The notes under the pieces are model-generated. The model had not been told where the DNA came from. It searched no databases and was given only the letters and a program-made list of their open reading frames with translations. Below, piece after piece: positions 62,069-64,000 of a DNA stretch of 64,000 bases. The DNA comes from a virus: the IMG/VR virus record IMGVR_UViG_3300021406_000010, positions 32,001-96,000 of that record; one strand, written 5' to 3'. Both the position numbers and the translations under genes were made by a program. How positions within the stretch are numbered: position 1 is the stretch's first letter; every line of letters begins with the position of its first letter.

Positions 62069-63360
62069 AGGTCCCTCACGCTCCTTCCGGGGCCGGCGTG
62101 GCAATCACCGTGCGCACCGAGAAGAGAATGGCGCATGAGCATCAAGCTCCTGCGCCGCCGAAAGCGCAGATGGCTGTGTCCCTTCTGCGGTTCCCCGTTC
62201 TTTGTCATCACTGCGGGGCTAATACGCAAGAGAAACCATCTGCCTGGACTCACGAGCATCGACGGGCTGCTTACCTGCGCGGAATGCGGCCTCGGCGTCG
62301 GATACGAGGATTTGGTGCGGCTAGAGCGCACCGGGAGATTAGCGAGCCCAGGTAACCACGTGCACCAGCAGGCCGAGGCGGCGCAGCCCTGCTTGGAGTC
62401 CAGCCGCCGCAGCTCCACGACCGTGACCTGGCCCCACGGGACGAGGGGGACGACCGGGACGGAGACGCCCGTCCGCAGCGCGACGGTCACGGTCCGCACG
62501 GCCTTGCCGGAGCGGTAGAAGGTCACCTGCACCGCCGCCCCGTCATCCCCCGCCAGGGACAGCAGGCACCCACGGGGCGCCGCCAGGACCGGGACGGCTA
62601 CCGGGCCGCCGCCAGGCGGCAGCTGGACGAGGGCCTCCATCTCCGGCGCGGCGGGCAAAACCGGGGGAACAGGGACAGGAGGAGGCGCGGGGGCGGGGAC
62701 CGGGGCCTTCGGGGGCGCGGGAAGCGCGATGCCGGCCAGCTGGGCCGCCGACCCGTGGAACGCCGAGCAGTCGACCGGGCCGGAGATCCCGGCGATAGAC
62801 GCCGAGGGGGTGAACTGCAGCAGCGCCGGCGACCGGCCACCGTACGGCGCCCACCAGGAGGCCGGGACCCTGCCGTAGAGGGCTGCCGGGTCGCCCGAGC
62901 CGCTGACGTACTCGCTGGCCCACAGCCAGTCGGCAAACGTCAGGTCCATCCCCGCCGTGTACCAGTGCGGGGCGTAGGCGCCGATGCGGTGGCCCGGGTA
63001 GCAGTGCCGCAGCCGGGCGGCGGCGTCGACCGCCTGCTGCCGGGTGGGCGGCCCGTCGGGGGCGCGCTCGTAGTCGATGACGACCCCCCAGCCCGCCAGG
63101 TCGCCGGCCACGTCCGCGAAGTGCTGCGCCTGGTCCGCGCCCGCCCCGGAGGCATCCAGGAACAGGTAGGCGAGCGGGATGAACCCGTGGCGGGCGGCGG
63201 CGGCCATCGACGTCCGGGCGGCTGCCCACCTGGGGTTGACGTAGCCGGTGCCCTCGGTGACCTTCTCGGCCCCGCCGCCGCAGGTCGCGGCCACCCGCCC
63301 CCAGTCGGGGGCGCCCTGCCAGGAGGAGCAGTCGACAAGGTACGTAATGGATCCGGTCAC
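62065..63360 (-). CDS. Endolysin, GH25 muramidase with Pro-rich linker and C-terminal domain (true 3' end uncertain)
   Basis: VDCSSWQG, KVTEGTGYVNP, AYLF, VIDYE (DxE), LWASEY, LQFT...VDCSAF. Confidence 0.85.
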   Translation of the reverse strand: MTGSITYLVDCSSWQGAPDWGRVAATCGGGAEKVTEGTGYVNPRWAAARTSMAAAARHGFIPLAYLFLDASGAGADQAQHFADVAGDLAGWGVVIDYERAPDGPPTRQQAVDAAARLRHCYPGHRIGAYAPHWYTAGMDLTFADWLWASEYVSGSGDPAALYGRVPASWWAPYGGRSPALLQFTPSASIAGISGPVDCSAFHGSAAQLAGIALPAPPKAPVPAPAPPPVPVPPVLPAAPEMEALVQLPPGGGPVAVPVLAAPRGCLLSLAGDDGAAVQVTFYRSGKAVRTVTVALRTGVSVPVVPLVPWGQVTVVELRRLDSKQGCAASACWCTWLPGLANLPVRSSRTKSSYPTPRPHSAQVSSPSMLVSPGRWFLLRISPAVMTKNGEPQKGHSHLRFRRRRSLMLMRHSLLGAHGDCHAGPGRSVRDL

Positions 63361-63378
63361 GTACCTTCCGTGGAAAGA

Positions 63379-63681
63379 TCAGGAATGCGCCTCCGCGTCG
63401 GCCTGGGCGTACAGCTCCCGGACGGCCGCGTCGTACGCGGCCTGCGGGGAGGACGGGTCGAACGCGTCGCGGGCGATGACCAGGGCCCAGTCGTCGGCCG
63501 TGCCGGGGACCCGGACCCCGACCATGAGGAAGAACCCGACGGAGGCACTCCCCGGGCCACGGGGCATCGCCGCCGAGGGGAGGGCGTCCCACAGGACGGC
63601 GTCCCGGACCGCCTGCAGGACTGGCAGCGCCCGGACGGCCGCCTCCATCCGCCCCGTCACGACGTCAGAGATCCTCGGCAT
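63379..63681 (-). CDS. Hypothetical protein
   Basis: About 100 aa; start uncertain. Confidence 0.5.
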   Translation of the reverse strand: MPRISDVVTGRMEAAVRALPVLQAVRDAVLWDALPSAAMPRGPGSASVGFFLMVGVRVPGTADDWALVIARDAFDPSSPQAAYDAAVRELYAQADAEAHS

Positions 63682-63995
63682 CGGCCTGCCATCCCCTTCC
63701 TGAGTGACCGCCATCTTCTCCTGGCCCGGTACCACGGCCACGCCGCGCACCGCATCCAGAGGTGCCTCGCCCTCGCGCCGAGGGGGTACCTGCCATGCCC
63801 GATGTGCAGGTGCGGGGGAGCCGTCCTGCCCGCCTTCCAGTCCGGGCCCCACGTGCACGCGTAGGGCTGCAGGGAGTCAATGCCCCGCTGACGGAGCCAG
63901 ATGCGGGCTATCGCGGCCCAGGCACGCGGCCTGGTCCGGTACTTTCGCTTCCCGCAGTGCTGGGCGCGCCACTGCCGGAACCCGTTCCGGCTCAC
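63657..63995 (-). CDS. Hypothetical basic protein
   Basis: CGKRKY...PYAC...HLHIGH. Confidence 0.5.
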   Translation of the reverse strand: MSRNGFRQWRAQHCGKRKYRTRPRAWAAIARIWLRQRGIDSLQPYACTWGPDWKAGRTAPPHLHIGHGRYPLGARARHLWMRCAAWPWYRARRRWRSLRKGMAGRCRGSLTS

Positions 63996-64000
63996 CGCCT

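Noticed and set aside
14300-63372. Recurring CCGGAAGG upstream of many - strand starts as a late promoter
   Set aside because: Position and content fit a Shine-Dalgarno sequence; no separate evidence for a promoter

Overview
This is a high-GC segment of a large tailed actinobacteriophage genome, probably infecting a filamentous actinomycete; its gene content resembles large myovirus-type actinophages. Layout: (i) 1-9.5 kb, a + strand run of small accessory genes ending in an orphan NaeI/NgoMIV-like C5 methyltransferase. (ii) 9.6-33.3 kb, - strand: terminase large subunit, about 14 kb of giant multidomain ORFs, UDG and putative head-associated proteins. (iii) 33-53.8 kb, a replication/recombination block (RuvC-like, Cas4-like nuclease, RecA, DnaE, SSB, J-domain, Prim-Pol/D5 helicase with a putative origin, 5'-3' exonuclease). 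(iv) 53.9-59.8 kb, a Streptomyces-plasmid-type conjugation module (TraB/FtsK, Spd-like, TraA-like, repeat arrays) plus a DivIVA-domain gene. (v) HNH gene, minor tail-type protein and GH25 endolysin. The standout is the giant ORFs: about 25 enzyme-sized modules (7 Arr-like and 4 other ADP-ribosyltransferase-like domains, 3 ParB-like, 2 zincin peptidases, nucleotidyltransferase, Nudix, GNAT, Acb1-like 2H phosphoesterase, Zn-binding modules). They are joined by a recurring [KRHV]-[TEQ]-A-[AS] linker that also punctuates the neighbouring head-type proteins, and several modules are flanked by short DNA direct repeats. I infer a protease-processed, cassette-assembled effector polyprotein system. All calls come from motif recognition by eye; no searches were run, and domain boundaries are approximate.
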